NCBI RefSeq assembly: GCF_006345805.1
Contig: NC_043005.1
Location: 26,164,001 to 26,228,000, forward strand
Source: Octopus sinensis
Lineage: Eukaryota
Reading direction: 5' to 3'
DNA length: 64,000 nt
The position numbers and the translations under genes were made by a program. The notes under the pieces are model-generated. The model did no database searches, had not been told where the DNA came from, and saw only the letters and a program-made list of their open reading frames with translations. Positions within the stretch are counted from its first letter, which is position 1. Each line of letters opens with the position of its first letter. Shown piece by piece: positions 15,110-28,319 of the stretch.

Positions 15110-15485
15110 GGGACTGGTTTTGCAGCCATGTGGATTCGGGTTCAGTTTCATTGCATAATACTTTCGGCAAATGTCTTCTGTTATAGCCCCCAACGGACCA
15201 GAGCCTTGGGAGTAAATTTGGCAGACAGAAACTGTATGGAAGCCATTCGAATATATGCGTATGTTTGCCTGCCTGTGTGGGAGTGCGTGTGTGCGTCTTT
15301 ATGTTTGTGTTTGTATCCACCACCGTCCAGTAACTTAGCGGTTCAACAATAGAATCCGATGGAATAATTACCAGATTTGCAATGAAAAATAATAAATACC
15401 GGACTCGATTCGTTTCGACTAAAACTCTTCAAGGCAGTACCCCAGCATGACCGCAACCCAATGACAGAAACAAGTAAAAGAAGAT
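15110..15485 (+). mobile_element. Diverged SINE family 1 copy
   Basis: Homologous head, CAGACGGAAACTG block and ...TGACAGAAACAAGTAAAAGA tail. Confidence 0.7.
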
Positions 15486-15524
15486 AAATGAAAACAGTTA
15501 AGATTCGTCAGATTAAATTTTCCT

Positions 15525-16255
15525 TTCTTGTGAAATTAACGTGCAAGTAGCTGGGCACTCCACAGATACATGTACCCTTAACGTAATTCTCAGGGATGTT
15601 CAGCGTGACACAAAGTGTGACAAGGCCGGCCCTTTGAAATATAGATTCTAGGATCTTTTCGGTTTGAACGGCAGTTTTTTTCTAGTGGTGTCATATGAAA
15701 TTGTCACCCATAATTATGACCCTAGTATCGATCTATTGCATTTCAATCTGTTTTAGGGTTAGGCCTAATTAGGGTTAGTTAGGGTTAGTTAGGGTTAGGG
15801 TTAGGGTTAAGGTTGGGGAGAAGGGTATCTTTTTTTCTTCACAAATGTAAATAAACCCAATCTGTTTCTTAAACGAGGGACATATTCATACGGCACAGAA
15901 TGTTTTTTACCTAAATAGACGTCACTGATTGGTTGAAATTGCAGAAATTGAAGAAAAACAACAACAAATATCTTACAAACTATAGAATTTTCTCAATAAA
16001 GCCAAGAGAAAAAGATGTTTTATAAACACATTCTACCAGTATACGAAGTTTAAAATTTCTTAGTTACCTAGAAATTATGTTAAAAACTGCCGTTCAAACC
16101 AAAAAGATCCATATTCTACTCCTTTTTGCTAGCTGAGTGGACTGGAGCAACGTGAAATAAAGTGTCTTGCTCAAGGACACAATGCGTCGCCGGGAATTGA
16201 ACTCGCGAACTTACGATCATGAATCGAATGCCCTAACGACTAAGCCACGTGCTTT
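15525..16255 (-). mobile_element. tRNA-derived SINE family 3 copy interrupted by a MITE
   Basis: Minus-strand tRNA-like head and CCTTGAGCAAGACACTTTATTTCACGTTGCTCC at 16130-16255. The body continues at 15525-15650 and matches 22140-22260. Confidence 0.75.
15651..16110. mobile_element. 460-bp MITE with ~30-bp TIRs, 8-bp TSD and internal TTAGGG-like array
   Basis: GGATCTTTTCGGTTTGAACGGCAGTTTTT ... AAAAACTGCCGTTCAAACCAAAAAGATCC. Flanks are AGATTCTA / ATATTCTA (7/8 match). TTAGGG variants lie at 15753-15814. Confidence 0.85.
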
Positions 16256-17366
16256 CAACTACTTCCTAAATATGAAAATGAGATTGTGACTGGTACAGTT
16301 CATTTGCATAGCACTCCATGTTTGACAGTTCGTTTAAATCTGCCTCCTTCCCTCCAGTGCGTTACGCCATCACCTGCAGGTGGCAGCAGACTTTTAACGG
16401 AGCCCTTTTTCTTGTAAGCAATTCTGACATGGTTTCGCTTCTGACACCAATTCCGTGTTTTTATGGCATGTCTTTTTTTCTTTAAATACATGCGTAATGG
16501 CAGTGGTTGTTGTTGTTGTTGTCGTCATTTTTTTACTGTTGTTGATGTGATGGTGATGGTGGTGGACAGTAGTGGGGTCGGTGGATGATGGTGGTGGTGG
16601 TGGTGGTGGCGATAATGGCAGTAGTGATAGTATAGTTGGTAATGATAGAAGTGGTGGTGATGGTGATGGTGGTGGTCATGATGGTGTTGGTGGTAGTGGT
16701 AATGGTGTTGGTGGTGGTGGTGGTGATGGTTTTGGTGGTAGTGTTTGTTGTGATGGTGGTGATGCAAGCATAACCTCAAAGTAAGCTCTGGTCGAGCAGA
16801 TCTATGATCAGAAACATTCCCGCTGTGACCATCCCATCTGTTTTTTGCTGTGTCTGGAACCTCACAACCACGTCATCCAATTTTTCCATGCTGTCCATTT
16901 TTAAATGCAATAGGCTGTAACTTCCAGAGAGAGAGAGAGATTTGGTTGCTATTTCTAGTAGGTCGAACAGCAGCGTAGGAGCGGCATCATTAGTTCATCT
17001 GATTAATGGCCGTATCCTTATGGAGTTTCTACCTACAATGTTAAAATGCCTTACCCCATTCCTTCCTGCTTGTCTCGTGGGTCCATTAAAACATTTGACA
17101 AACTCTAAACGAAAGATCGATGAAAGTCATAAAAAAAACAGCAACAACAAACACTAATAATATCAATAACAAGAACAATAGGGAATTTCGAGGTCCCTGT
17201 TGTTTGGCTTGGGATCCCACAAATAGTGCCAAGCGTACTTTAACATGAGGCAATAAATAATACGTGGAAACTGTTCTATTTCTGGGCTTTTGTTTATGTA
17301 ATTAGTGATTCGAATTCTCATCGGCATTGTGAAGGCTTGCACGTGTGATGTAAACAAGGAACTCAA

Positions 17367-17444
<78 letters not shown>

Positions 17445-17462
<18 letters not shown>

Positions 17463-17834
17463 TCCGTCTCTCTCCCACTCTCTCTACCTCTATCTCTCTA
17501 TCTTCTCTCTCTCGTTCTTTTTTAATATGTATTTGTATCCATGCGTTTGGTTCTGTGTGTGTGTGTGTGTGTGCATGTGTGTGTCTGCTTCATTCTACCT
17601 TCCATTCTTTTTCTCTAAACCTCTTCTACATAACATCGTACTATCCATCTATTTAGGATTTATCAACCTCTAGTTTGGCCTGCATGTATACATACATACA
17701 TACGGAGAGAAACTCGTGAGTACATATATATATATATATATATATACTTATAATATATACTAATTATATAATATAATATATATATATATATATTATATAT
17801 AATATATATATAAGTATATGTATAGTATAAATGC

Positions 17835-17880
<46 letters not shown>

Positions 17881-17881
17881 G

Positions 17882-17930
<49 letters not shown>

Positions 17931-18042
17931 TTCAGATGAATATGGTACTTACGGTGAGGCACCAGAATTTAGTACGGTATTATCAATACAATTTCAAAGT
18001 AGAGTGATTAAATTAAAATAAGCAACAAGGATATCCAGAGGA

Positions 18043-18075
<33 letters not shown>

Positions 18076-19005
18076 TCATGAGTTTCTCTCTGTATGTATG
18101 TATGTATGTATGTATGTATGTATGTATGTATGTATGTATGTATGTATGTATGTATGTGTGTATGTATGTATGTCAGGTCCCTTTCGAGTGCTACTGGTAA
18201 CATGTAACCCAGTACTACCTATTGCATGGTCGGGTCGTCGGCGATTAAACCGGCAACCCCACCAAGCTCGCTTGGTGAGGAGGGTGTTTATCGGTCACCC
18301 TGCGGGATGAAAAACAAAACCCGCCAAAGGGCGGAGGAACTCTTGAGAGTCAACGGGCATCCAATAAAAGTCTTAAAGCTGTATCATGCGCGGGGACATA
18401 GAAATAATCGGATTGAATACCCGATCGTGCAACTAAACCATTGGGAGTGAAGGACTCCTAGCCTTTGTCAGGGCATCCTTCTAGGAGAAGGCAACTCAGG
18501 TAACTGGGATAACTCCGACATAAAACCTGCGGCTCAGTGGTTACCGATGATGTTGACTTGTTCTTCTTTTCGGATTATGGATGCTGTTGCTTAGTGAGTG
18601 GGATTGACTCAGTGCACAGCCTTTCCTCGCTTAAAAAAATATCTTCTTGCACAGGCATTGCACGATAACAACATTGATTAAGCTTCGTGCAATGGCCATA
18701 CTCGATAACAAGGGGGCAGCCACCATGTATGTATGTATGTATGTATACATGCAGGCCAAACTAGAGGTTGATAAATCCGATAAATAGATGATTTGTACGA
18801 TGTTATGTAGGAGAGGTTTAAAGAAAAAAAATGGAAGGTAGAATGAAGCAGACACACATGCACACACACTCACGTACACACACATGCACACACACACACA
18901 CACACACACAGAGAAGCAAACTCATAGATACAAATATATATTTAAAAAGAACGAGAGAGAGAAGATAGAGAGAGAGTGAGAGAGAGACGGAGAGGGAGAG
19001 AGAGC
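17445..19005. repeat. Old inverted duplication (left arm ~17445-17740; right arm 18050-18100 plus 18725-19005)
   Basis: TCAACCTCTAGTTTGGCCTGCATGTATAC vs GTATACATGCAGGCCAAACTAGAGGTTGA, and GAGAGAAACTCGTGAGTA vs TACTCATGAGTTTCTCTC. Confidence 0.85.
18174..18724 (+). mobile_element. GC-rich insertion in (TATG)n, probably the 5' UTR of an RTE-type LINE
   Basis: Non-coding GC-rich block flanked by (TATG)n on both sides. It resembles RTE 5' UTRs from memory only; no ORF is seen. Confidence 0.4.
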
Positions 19006-19274
19006 GACATTTGAAGCACTCCCGTGAAAGCCTGGGACCTTGAAGACTGCTATGTCTATACCAGTCCCTTAATATTTTATATTCAACATATATTCTATTT
19101 CATCTATTTCATCGATAAGACAATCAATACTTCATTTCATTTTACTATATATATATATTATTTATACTATATATTCTATATTCTATATTAATATTATAAA
19201 GAATATAAATAAAATATTTAAAAAATCAGACAGCTGGAATTTCTTTGAATAATATATATATGTGGCATTCAAAG

Positions 19275-19560
19275 TTACCCCAACCACAGAACGGGGCGCC
19301 ACTGCATGGTGCCAAAGATTCCAACATCACCATCAAAATACAGGTCCAGATACTGCAACAGCTTGGGTTTCAGAGGACCACAGCTCTTTAACATCCTCCC
19401 TAAATGCCAGAGAGACTTACATGGTGTGGATGTGGGTTTCTTTAAAACTAAACTGGATCTCTTCTTGTCGGGAGTCCCAGATGAACCTACCTCACGACAG
19501 GAGACGCAGATGCGGGCAGCAGCATTGTTGATCAAGTGTTTGTCCCCCCAACATTGCTTG
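19275..19560 (+). mobile_element. CR1/L2-group LINE, 3' fragment
   Basis: CNSLGFRGPQLFNILPKCQRDLHGVDVGFFKTKLDLFLSGVPDEP...RAAA. Homologous to 45265-45810. Confidence 0.8.
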
Positions 19561-19733
19561 ACAACCGATGGTGGTGTGTTTACATCACTGTAATTTTATA
19601 GTTCAACGAAAGGGTCCGATAGAATAAGTACTAAACTTACAAAGAATAAGTCCTGGGGTTGATTTGCTCGACTTAAGGTGGTGCTCCAGCATGGCCACAA
19701 TCAAATGACTGAAACAAGTAAAAGAGTAAAGAT

Positions 19734-19764
<31 letters not shown>

Positions 19765-19953
19765 TATATATAGGCGTGGCTGTTTCCCAACCACATGGTT
19801 TCGGGTTCAGTACATCTGCGTCCACAACTTGGGCAAGTATCTCCTACGATAGCTTCGGCCGACCAAAGCCTTGTATGAGGATTGCTAGACGGAAACTGAA
19901 AGAAGTCCGTCGTATATATATTTATAATTATATATGCATATGTTTATATATAC

Positions 19954-19993
<40 letters not shown>

Positions 19994-20402
19994 ATATATA
20001 TATATATATTATATATATGTATTATGTATGTATGTATGTATGTATGTATGTATGTATGTATATCATATTCTTATATCTTTTCCGTGTTCAGTGAATTGAC
20101 TTCGGCCGCGCTGGAGCACCGCTTTTAGTTCAGCAAATCAAGCGATTGGGGTGTGTGACAAACACAGATAGACAAATACATATATGCATATATATATATG
20201 TGTGTGTGTGTGTGTATATATATATATACGTATATATACAGGCTTCTTTCAGTTTCCGTCTACCAAATCCACTCACAAGGCTTTATTCGACCCGAGGCTA
20301 TAGTAGAAGACACCTGCTCAAGGTGCCACGCAGTGGGACTGAACCCAGAACCAAGAAGCAAGATTCTTACCAAAAAGACACGCCTGCGCCTATATATATG
20401 TG

Positions 20403-20437
<35 letters not shown>

Positions 20438-20833
20438 ATGTATATATGTATGTATGTGTCTGTATATACAATTATATATGTATATAAGTTCATATATATA
20501 TATATATGTGTGTGTGTGTATGTGTATATCTATATATATTGACATAGATACGCATGAGCACATGCAGGGATAAATAACCACACGCACATATACCCACAAA
20601 CACACTCAGATGTGTGTGCGTGTGTGAGTGAGTGCGTCACATCTATATGATGTATATTTAACCACCGGCCGATGTGTGTGCGTATGTGTGTGCGTTTATG
20701 TATATATAGATAGATAGATATATACATATTCATATATAGATACTCATATATATATACATATATATATACATATATATATATATACACATATATATACAAA
20801 TACACACACACACACTCACACACATACACACAC

Positions 20834-20887
<54 letters not shown>

Positions 20888-21168
20888 TTATATATATGCA
20901 CACACATTTCTCACGTCCCCAAATGAAGCTAATATTCTCGTTATGAGATGTGACGACTAAACATGCAGCCATACAAACGGCGAAATGAAAATGCTGAAAC
21001 CTTCAAGTTTCTACATATTATGTAATCATCTGTAGTTTCACCGTGTCTACCTCTTCGACTAAAACACACTACAACCACCACTGCTACCACCACTATATAT
21101 ATATATGATATATATACATATATCTATATATATATATAATATATATTATATATATATATATATATCTA

Positions 21169-21205
<37 letters not shown>

Positions 21206-21945
21206 TCTGTGTGTATATATGTAAATAAGTGTGCGTTGTATATCTGTTAGTGTATAGTATTTCACTACTGTTTATAATAAACTAACTCATTCCTTGATAA
21301 TCGAATTATTAATTCCTAATGATCACGTGTGTGTTGATTATATATTATATATATATATATATAATATATATATATATATATTCCAATCAATCAGAGCGGT
21401 CTTGGTATTCAAGAAGACACATCTATCACCAAACCAAGAGCAATTCGACTGAAGAACGCCCTTAAAAGCTGCAGTCCTCAGGCTACGTTACTAAAAACAG
21501 GTTACTTTTTCATAATTTAATTACACCAATTCCCATTTCATAAATTCTATATGAGTGTGTATATATTTAGCCATGTTCTGCACTAAATTTTGAACGTTAT
21601 AACCTTTAACTAATGCAAGCTGGCACTGCGAAGTGGAGTGCTGTGATTTCGATGCGGTTAGAAATCATTTAGTTCCGTCGCGATCAGAACGTCTGGGTTA
21701 ATAGCAATGCTCCCGTTATATATACATATACATGTATCTATCTGTGTGTGTGTGTGTGTGTACAGAATGCACTTCCAAGTGCTCAAGGGATTTGATCTTG
21801 AGCAGGAAGAGGAGTAAAGGTAATGACAAGTAAGTTAGACAAAATGATTTACCAAGAATATCAAACGCATTTAATAGAAAAATGTACATGTATACAGAAT
21901 ATATATGCATACACACACACACACACATATGTATATGTTTGTATG

Positions 21946-21979
<34 letters not shown>

Positions 21980-22024
21980 AATATATGAATATACGTGTAT
22001 GCTTTTTTCTAATACTTTCTAATG

Positions 22025-22860
22025 CTTTGGAATCGAAACATATGTCGGTGATGTGGTGATATAAATGACTTAGATAACTTGTGGAAGCACTCCGTCGGTT
22101 ACGACGATGATGGTTCCGGTTGATCCGATCAACGGAACAGCCTGCTCGTGAAATTAACGTGCAAGTGGCTGACCACTCCACAGACACGTATACCCTTAAC
22201 GCAGTTCTCGGGGATATTCAGCGTGACACAGAGAGTGACAAGGCTGGCCCTTTGAAATACAGGTACAACAGAAACAGGAAGTAAGAGTGAGAGAAAGTTG
22301 TGGTGAAAAAGTACAGCAGGGATCACCACCATCCCTGCCGGAGCCTCGTGGAGCTTTTAGGTGTTTTCGCTCAATAAACACTCACAACGTCTGGTCTGGG
22401 AATCGAAACTTAGATAACTTATTGTGCGTTTGTCTCCATTTTCCTTTTCTCTTATGTTCTCCAAAACACGTCTTACTTCTCCCATGCAAGTGTGGTTTCT
22501 TATTTCTTAGGCGCTTATGTGACTATTTATCTACCCTGGTAACGCACCATTTTTAGTGAAGCAGCGATCAAGTGCGGTGAAAAAATTGTTTCGCGACCTT
22601 AGATGAGATGTTGGAGCTCCAGATTGGGTTATAACAAAGGACGTCATAGTTTTTATATTTTCGGTTAGGTCTGTTTGTCTGGGTGCTTGAAGCGGCAATT
22701 GTGGCGATAGGTGTTTAATTGTTGTTTGTTGCAAGTTTTCTCTAATTCGTGGTTGATTCTAATGTGTCTGGGTTTGGATAGTGTTATTTTATCGTTTGGG
22801 ATTTTATTATCAAGGTTTTTGGCTTTCTATTTGTATTTATTGTTGTGCTTGGTAAGGGTG
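22025..22860 (-). mobile_element. Penelope-like element remnant (post-RT thumb/linker)
   Basis: Frameshifted YNPIWSSNISSKVAK / FFTALDRCFTKNGAL / HNKLSKS resembles the PLE NPP..NV.T.IG..F...DK.F...HN linker. It is interrupted by a SINE. Confidence 0.6.
22081..22407 (-). mobile_element. 5'-truncated SINE family 3 copy with 13-bp TSD
   Basis: ACTTAGATAACTT at 22068-22080 and 22408-22420. Truncated at the B-box (TTCGATTCCC); the body matches 15525-15650. Confidence 0.85.
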
Positions 22861-22877
22861 TTATAATGAATCGAATA

Positions 22878-22919
<42 letters not shown>

Positions 22920-23210
22920 ATATATATATAAAATACAAAAATGGGACAAGAACGCATAATTCTAGACAGGTAATACAAAAACGGGACAACAAAAATTTAG
23001 AAGGACGATATAAAGAAAACAAGGACGGGTCGTTCGCGGAGTTTTCTTTCCTTAGTCGAGTTCCAGATTTTCTTTGCAATTTCGGCTGGTTATACTTGAG
23101 ATGGTTATATATATATATATTGGGGGGGGGGGTGAATGTATGTATGTATGTATGTATGTATGCATGCATGTATGTATGTATGTATGCATTCATGCATGTA
23201 TGTATGTATG

Positions 23211-23268
<58 letters not shown>

Positions 23269-24095
23269 ATATATATTATATAATATATATATTATATGTA
23301 TATATATACATGTAAATATTGTTTCCTGCTCATGTTTAGGTAGGATCAACAAAACAGTACTCCGTCCAATGAGAAATGAGAATCATATAACATACACAGC
23401 ATTTAAGTAAGAGCTACTAATAGTTTCATGCCGTGGGAACACGATAATTCACCAGATTCATACATCATGCCTTGTCTCTTCAAGCAATCATTCAGGTTCA
23501 GCGCACATGTTACTCTACGTGCGCTGAGCCTATTTAAATACCGTGTATATGAGATGGTACATATACATTTTGTGTACATATATATATGTATATATAGATA
23601 GTCACATCGGTTAAAATGACTTATTGATGTGTGTTGTTTCTTTTTTTCCCTGACGAGAAGATCGCATTGTTTTACCTCATTTTATTCTCTCTGGAGTTAT
23701 ACCAATGATTTCTTCGAAACATATATCGGAAGTATAAAGATTTGAATAACCTCTGCATTTAACTCCATTTCTTTATTTATCTGTTATACACAAACATTTC
23801 ACTAAAGCCTGGAATTTCTACCTTTATAAGTAGGCTGTAACATCCTTGGTAGTTATGTGAATTTTTTGCTACCCTGGTAACTATTTATTTATTGTTTCCG
23901 TGTTATGTGTACACATTGAATGAATACACATACACACTTATTTGTGTGCATATCTAAATATATATATAGACGTGTGTGTGTGTGTGTATACATACATACA
24001 TATTCATGTATCGTGTGTTATTAATTGTTAATGTTAAAATTTGTTGTTTCGTCTACTTGTGTTCTCATTATCTGTAATGTTTTTATTGGTATTGT

Positions 24096-24155
<60 letters not shown>

Positions 24156-24455
24156 TGTGTGTTTGTATGTGCAGAGACATTTTCAAGCGCTAGACAATAA
24201 ATTCATAAACATAACGGCGTAAATGTTTTATTTCATTTCACTTCATTTCATCAAATTTAATTTCATTTCCTTGTAAAGTTTGATGACTTTCTTTATATAC
24301 AGGGACTCTCAAACATTTCCTCTGACTAACCTCATTACTATAACAAATATACTGTTCTCTGCACTATCAAAAATATCTTATTCCTATATAAATGCACATA
24401 CATACATTATTCCTATATAAATGCACATACATACATTTTATTCCTATATAAATGC

Positions 24456-24486
<31 letters not shown>

Positions 24487-24491
24487 AAAAT

Positions 24492-24731
24492 GTGTGTAGT
24501 GGCTAACGATCTATCATGGCGTCTGACTCGGACAGAAGGGTCACACCGCAGAGGGAAAGTAGGGGAGATAACAAAGTGAAGAGGACACATACGCACCTCA
24601 TACTCTCATATACACATACGCACCTTCGTGTTGGGGGTCCTCTTCACTTTGTTATCTCCCCTACTTTCCCTCTGCGGTGTGACCCTTCTGTCCGAGTCAG
24701 ACGCCATGATAGATCGTTAGCCACTACACAC
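24492..24731. repeat. Perfect 95-bp inverted repeat with 50-nt spacer
   Basis: 24492-24586 is the exact reverse complement of 24637-24731. Confidence 0.95.
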
Positions 24732-24760
24732 TTTTTTTTCTCTCCTTGTTTTCTGTGTCC

Positions 24761-24796
24761 CTTTCTGTAGAAGAGCGTAGGCTCGAAACGTAAAAG
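24761..24796 (+). ncRNA. Minimal type I hammerhead-like motif (family B), core variant CUGUAGA
   Basis: CTTT-CTGTAGA-A-GAGC-gtag-GCTC-GAAAC-GT-A-AAAG, inside a ~170-bp element (24732-24895) homologous to 48880-49075. Confidence 0.65.
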
Positions 24797-24900
24797 ACTT
24801 TTTCTATTCCTGAACATTATACTAATACATCTGTTTGTTTTGTACACCACCTGTCTTCGTCTTTTGTTGTTTTTTCGTAAACTCTCCCTATGTGTGTACG

Positions 24901-24936
<36 letters not shown>

Positions 24937-25327
24937 TGTATGTACGTATGTATGTATGTCGCAGGATTTGTCAAACGGAAACTGAAAGAAGCATATCGAA
25001 TGTGGGTGGGGTGTTCCCACTACCGCTTGGCAACCAGTGCTGGTGTGTTTATGTACTCGTAATCTAACGGTTCGACAAGAGTGATCGATAGAATAAGTAC
25101 TAGGCTTAAATTCTTCAAGGCAACGCCCCAGCGTGGCCGCAGTCTAATGAGTGCAACAAGTAAAAGGATAAAAGAATAAAAGAATAATAACAACCACATT
25201 GATAAAATTATCAATAACAACGTTAACGATAGCAACAAAACTAACAATAGCAACACTAACAACATTACGAATAGCAACACTATGAATAACAAAAACGCTA
25301 ATGATAGCAACACAAACATTAACAACA

Positions 25328-25912
25328 ATAAAGAAAAGTAAAATAGCATCTCCTTTTACAATAGCAACAACTCTTATATTAACAAGACTAACAACAGTAA
25401 TAGCACAACAACAATAGGAAGAAGAACAACACTGTCAATACTACACTAACACACACTAGCACGATAACAACAATAAAGAAAAGTAAAATAGCAACTCCTT
25501 TTACAATAGCAACAGCTCTTATATTAACAAGACTAACAACAGTAATAGCAACAACAATAGGAAGAAGAACAACACTGTCAATACTAACACTAACAACAAC
25601 ACTAGCAACGATAACAACAATAAAGAAAAGTAAAATAGCAACTCCTTTTACAATAGCAACAGCTCTTATATTAACAAGACTAACAACAGTAATAGCAACA
25701 ACAATAGGAAGAAGAACAACACTGTCAATACTAACACTAACAACAACACTAGCAACAAAAACAACAATGAAGAAAAGTAAAATAGCAACTCCTTTTACAA
25801 TAGCAACAACTCTTATATTAACAAGACTAACAACAGTAATAGCAACAACAATAGGAAGAAGAACAACACTGTCAATACTAACAGTAACAACAACACTAGC
25901 AACGATAACAAC
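25328..25912. repeat. ~147-bp minisatellite, about 4 copies, in an AAC-rich tract
   Basis: Unit starts AATAAAGAAAAGTAAAATAGCA at 25328, 25473, 25619 and 25766. Confidence 0.9.
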
Positions 25913-26361
25913 ACTAATAACAACTAAACATGAAGATAACAATAGCAACGATGCTATTGACAGCAATGAGAATACTAACACTAACAACAACACTAGCAAC
26001 GATAACAACACTAATAACAACAAAACATGAAGATAACAATAGCAACGATGCTTATTGACAGCGATAAGAATGGCAACATCAGCAACAACACTGACAATAA
26101 ACACAAACTACGTTGATTATTACCACCAACAATACCAGTATTAGCCATAGCAATGCACGTCGCTATCTCCTCCACCTCCACCGCCCCCACCAAAAAATAA
26201 TAATACAGCATTGATTATATTTATTCAATTATCCACCAGAGATAAATATTTAGCTTCTTGCTCTGATATCTTTATTTTTTTTTAATTTTTATCTTTATTT
26301 TTTATCTTTAGATTTAGTTTTATTTCTTATTTATTTATTTAATCTTTTCTTCTAATTCAAA

Positions 26362-26399
<38 letters not shown>

Positions 26400-26400
26400 T

Positions 26401-26433
<33 letters not shown>

Positions 26434-26718
26434 ATGCCTCGTTTCTTCGTCTTCACTTTTTTCATCTCCTTCTCCTGCTCCCTCATATTTCTCTCCTCTC
26501 TCTCTCTCTATCTCTCTCCCGCTCTTTCTCCCATCTCTCTCCTTCTCTCACCATATATATGTGTGTATGGTGTATAAACACATATATGCATATATAAATT
26601 ATATTATATTATATATATTATATATATATATATATATATCTATATGTATAATTAAACTCCCTTCTTTCCTCATCTCTCTCGCTCTCTCTATCTCTCCTCT
26701 CTCTATCTATCTATCTTC

Positions 26719-26761
<43 letters not shown>

Positions 26762-27449
26762 TCAGTTTTTCCTACTCTTAATTCTCAATATTTCACTGCG
26801 TTAAGATTGCGTGAATTGCTAACATTGAATATAATTCGATGATTCATTCTTTCCCCCACAGTACATCGAGAATTTACTAAGTAACACAACATCTCTCATT
26901 TAAATTCTCTCACACTACATTTCACTTCGATTTCAACAACAAATAAAGAAAAGACGACTGCAGCAAAACTGTGTCATTCTTATTGCATTCGTTTCTTAAA
27001 TTAAATTTTATTAATTTATTTCTATAAATTTGCTTTTTTGCTTTGTCGCCATACACAGTATGAAGACAAACAAGCATATTCCCCAAGGGGCGAAAGAATT
27101 TTATTATACGCTACTGATAGAAGACTTTTGAATATAAATATAGTGACATTTATCTGTTTATCCATAAACATGTAAATATCCAACATATGTGCACGTATAT
27201 ACGTAAGTACGTACATACATACATACATACATACATACATACATACATACATACATACATACATACATACATACATACATACATACATAGACACTTGTGA
27301 TATATATGCATTCGCACTTACGCAAAAACACACAAACACACAAACATTATCATTCTAGTGACATGAACTAACACTTCTACCTTCATGAACATATCATTTT
27401 TTTTTTTTTTTTTTTGAAAGATAATTCGTCAGCCACTCAGCTTCCGACA

Positions 27450-28060
27450 GATTGGTTATTCTGCGAGTATCTAAGATAGCGAAGTATCACCATTTGTCTC
27501 TCTGTTTATGACGAAGATTGAATACTGGAATTGCAGGTGCTAGCACAGTAATGCAATTCTTAGAAGACAAGAATTTAGTAAAAAAAAAAAAAAGCCGAAC
27601 TTACTACCTTCAGTTTGGTTTCCGTCTCTATTCTCACATATGGTCATGAATACTGGATTGTGACCGAAAAAGTACGATCGCGAATAGAAGCGACCGAAAT
27701 GGGGTTTCTCCGAAGAATCTCTAGAGTAACGTTTCTTGACAGGGTTCGTTGCTCGGAGATCAGGAAATCTTTCCAGGTCGAGTTGCTACTTCACATTGAG
27801 AGGTTATAGTTCTGGTACTACAGACATGTGATATGAATATCAAAAGGAAGAATCACAAGAGGAATTCTTCGGTACGAGCCAACTGACAGGAGATCTAAGG
27901 ATAGACCAAGAATAAGATGTTTGGATAAAATCCCTAGTCGCTGTTTGTTCATGCCTGGGAATCCAACCGGAAATAATGTTTGCTTCTGATAAGACCCTAT
28001 GGAGGCGGTGCCGGAAGACTCTCCCTCGCCGACCCTCCAAGAAATAGTGGGCGGATGGAT
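27450..28060 (+). mobile_element. RTE-clade LINE 3' remnant
   Basis: SILTYGHEYWIVTEKVRSRIEATEMGFLRRISRVTFLDRVRCSEIRKSFQVELLLHIER. Confidence 0.8.
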
Positions 28061-28319
28061 AGATGGATAGATGGAACGTGAATAATTATAAAATAACGAA
28101 TATGATTTTTTTAATACAGATTTTATATAACATACAAGAATCAAACTCTTGATGCAAATTTTAAATGTCCTTCATTGGGATTCGAAGCCTTTGTCATTTA
28201 TTGTCATGTTATCGCTTCTTTTTTACTTGCTGAGTCTAGAGAAAGAGATACGACCCATGATATTTGCAAGTGTATCGAAGAAGGTGGGAACGATGTCGTT
28301 AATATTCAGTTTCAGTTAT

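Noticed and set aside
15753-15814. True telomere or chromosome-fusion site
   Set aside because: The array is short, degenerate and single-orientation, and it lies inside a TIR/TSD-bounded element.
16525-16779. Poly-histidine ORF resembling a transcription-factor tract
   Set aside because: It is a degenerate (GGT/GAT)n microsatellite with no flanking coding sequence or splice signals.
23495-23530. 12-bp GC-rich hairpin resembling a Helitron 3' end or terminator
   Set aside because: No CTRR terminus at the expected distance, no second copy and no other supporting feature.
25328-25912. CRISPR-like appearance of regularly spaced repeats (also 61534-62110)
   Set aside because: Whole units repeat with no unique spacers, there are no cas genes, and the context is eukaryotic.
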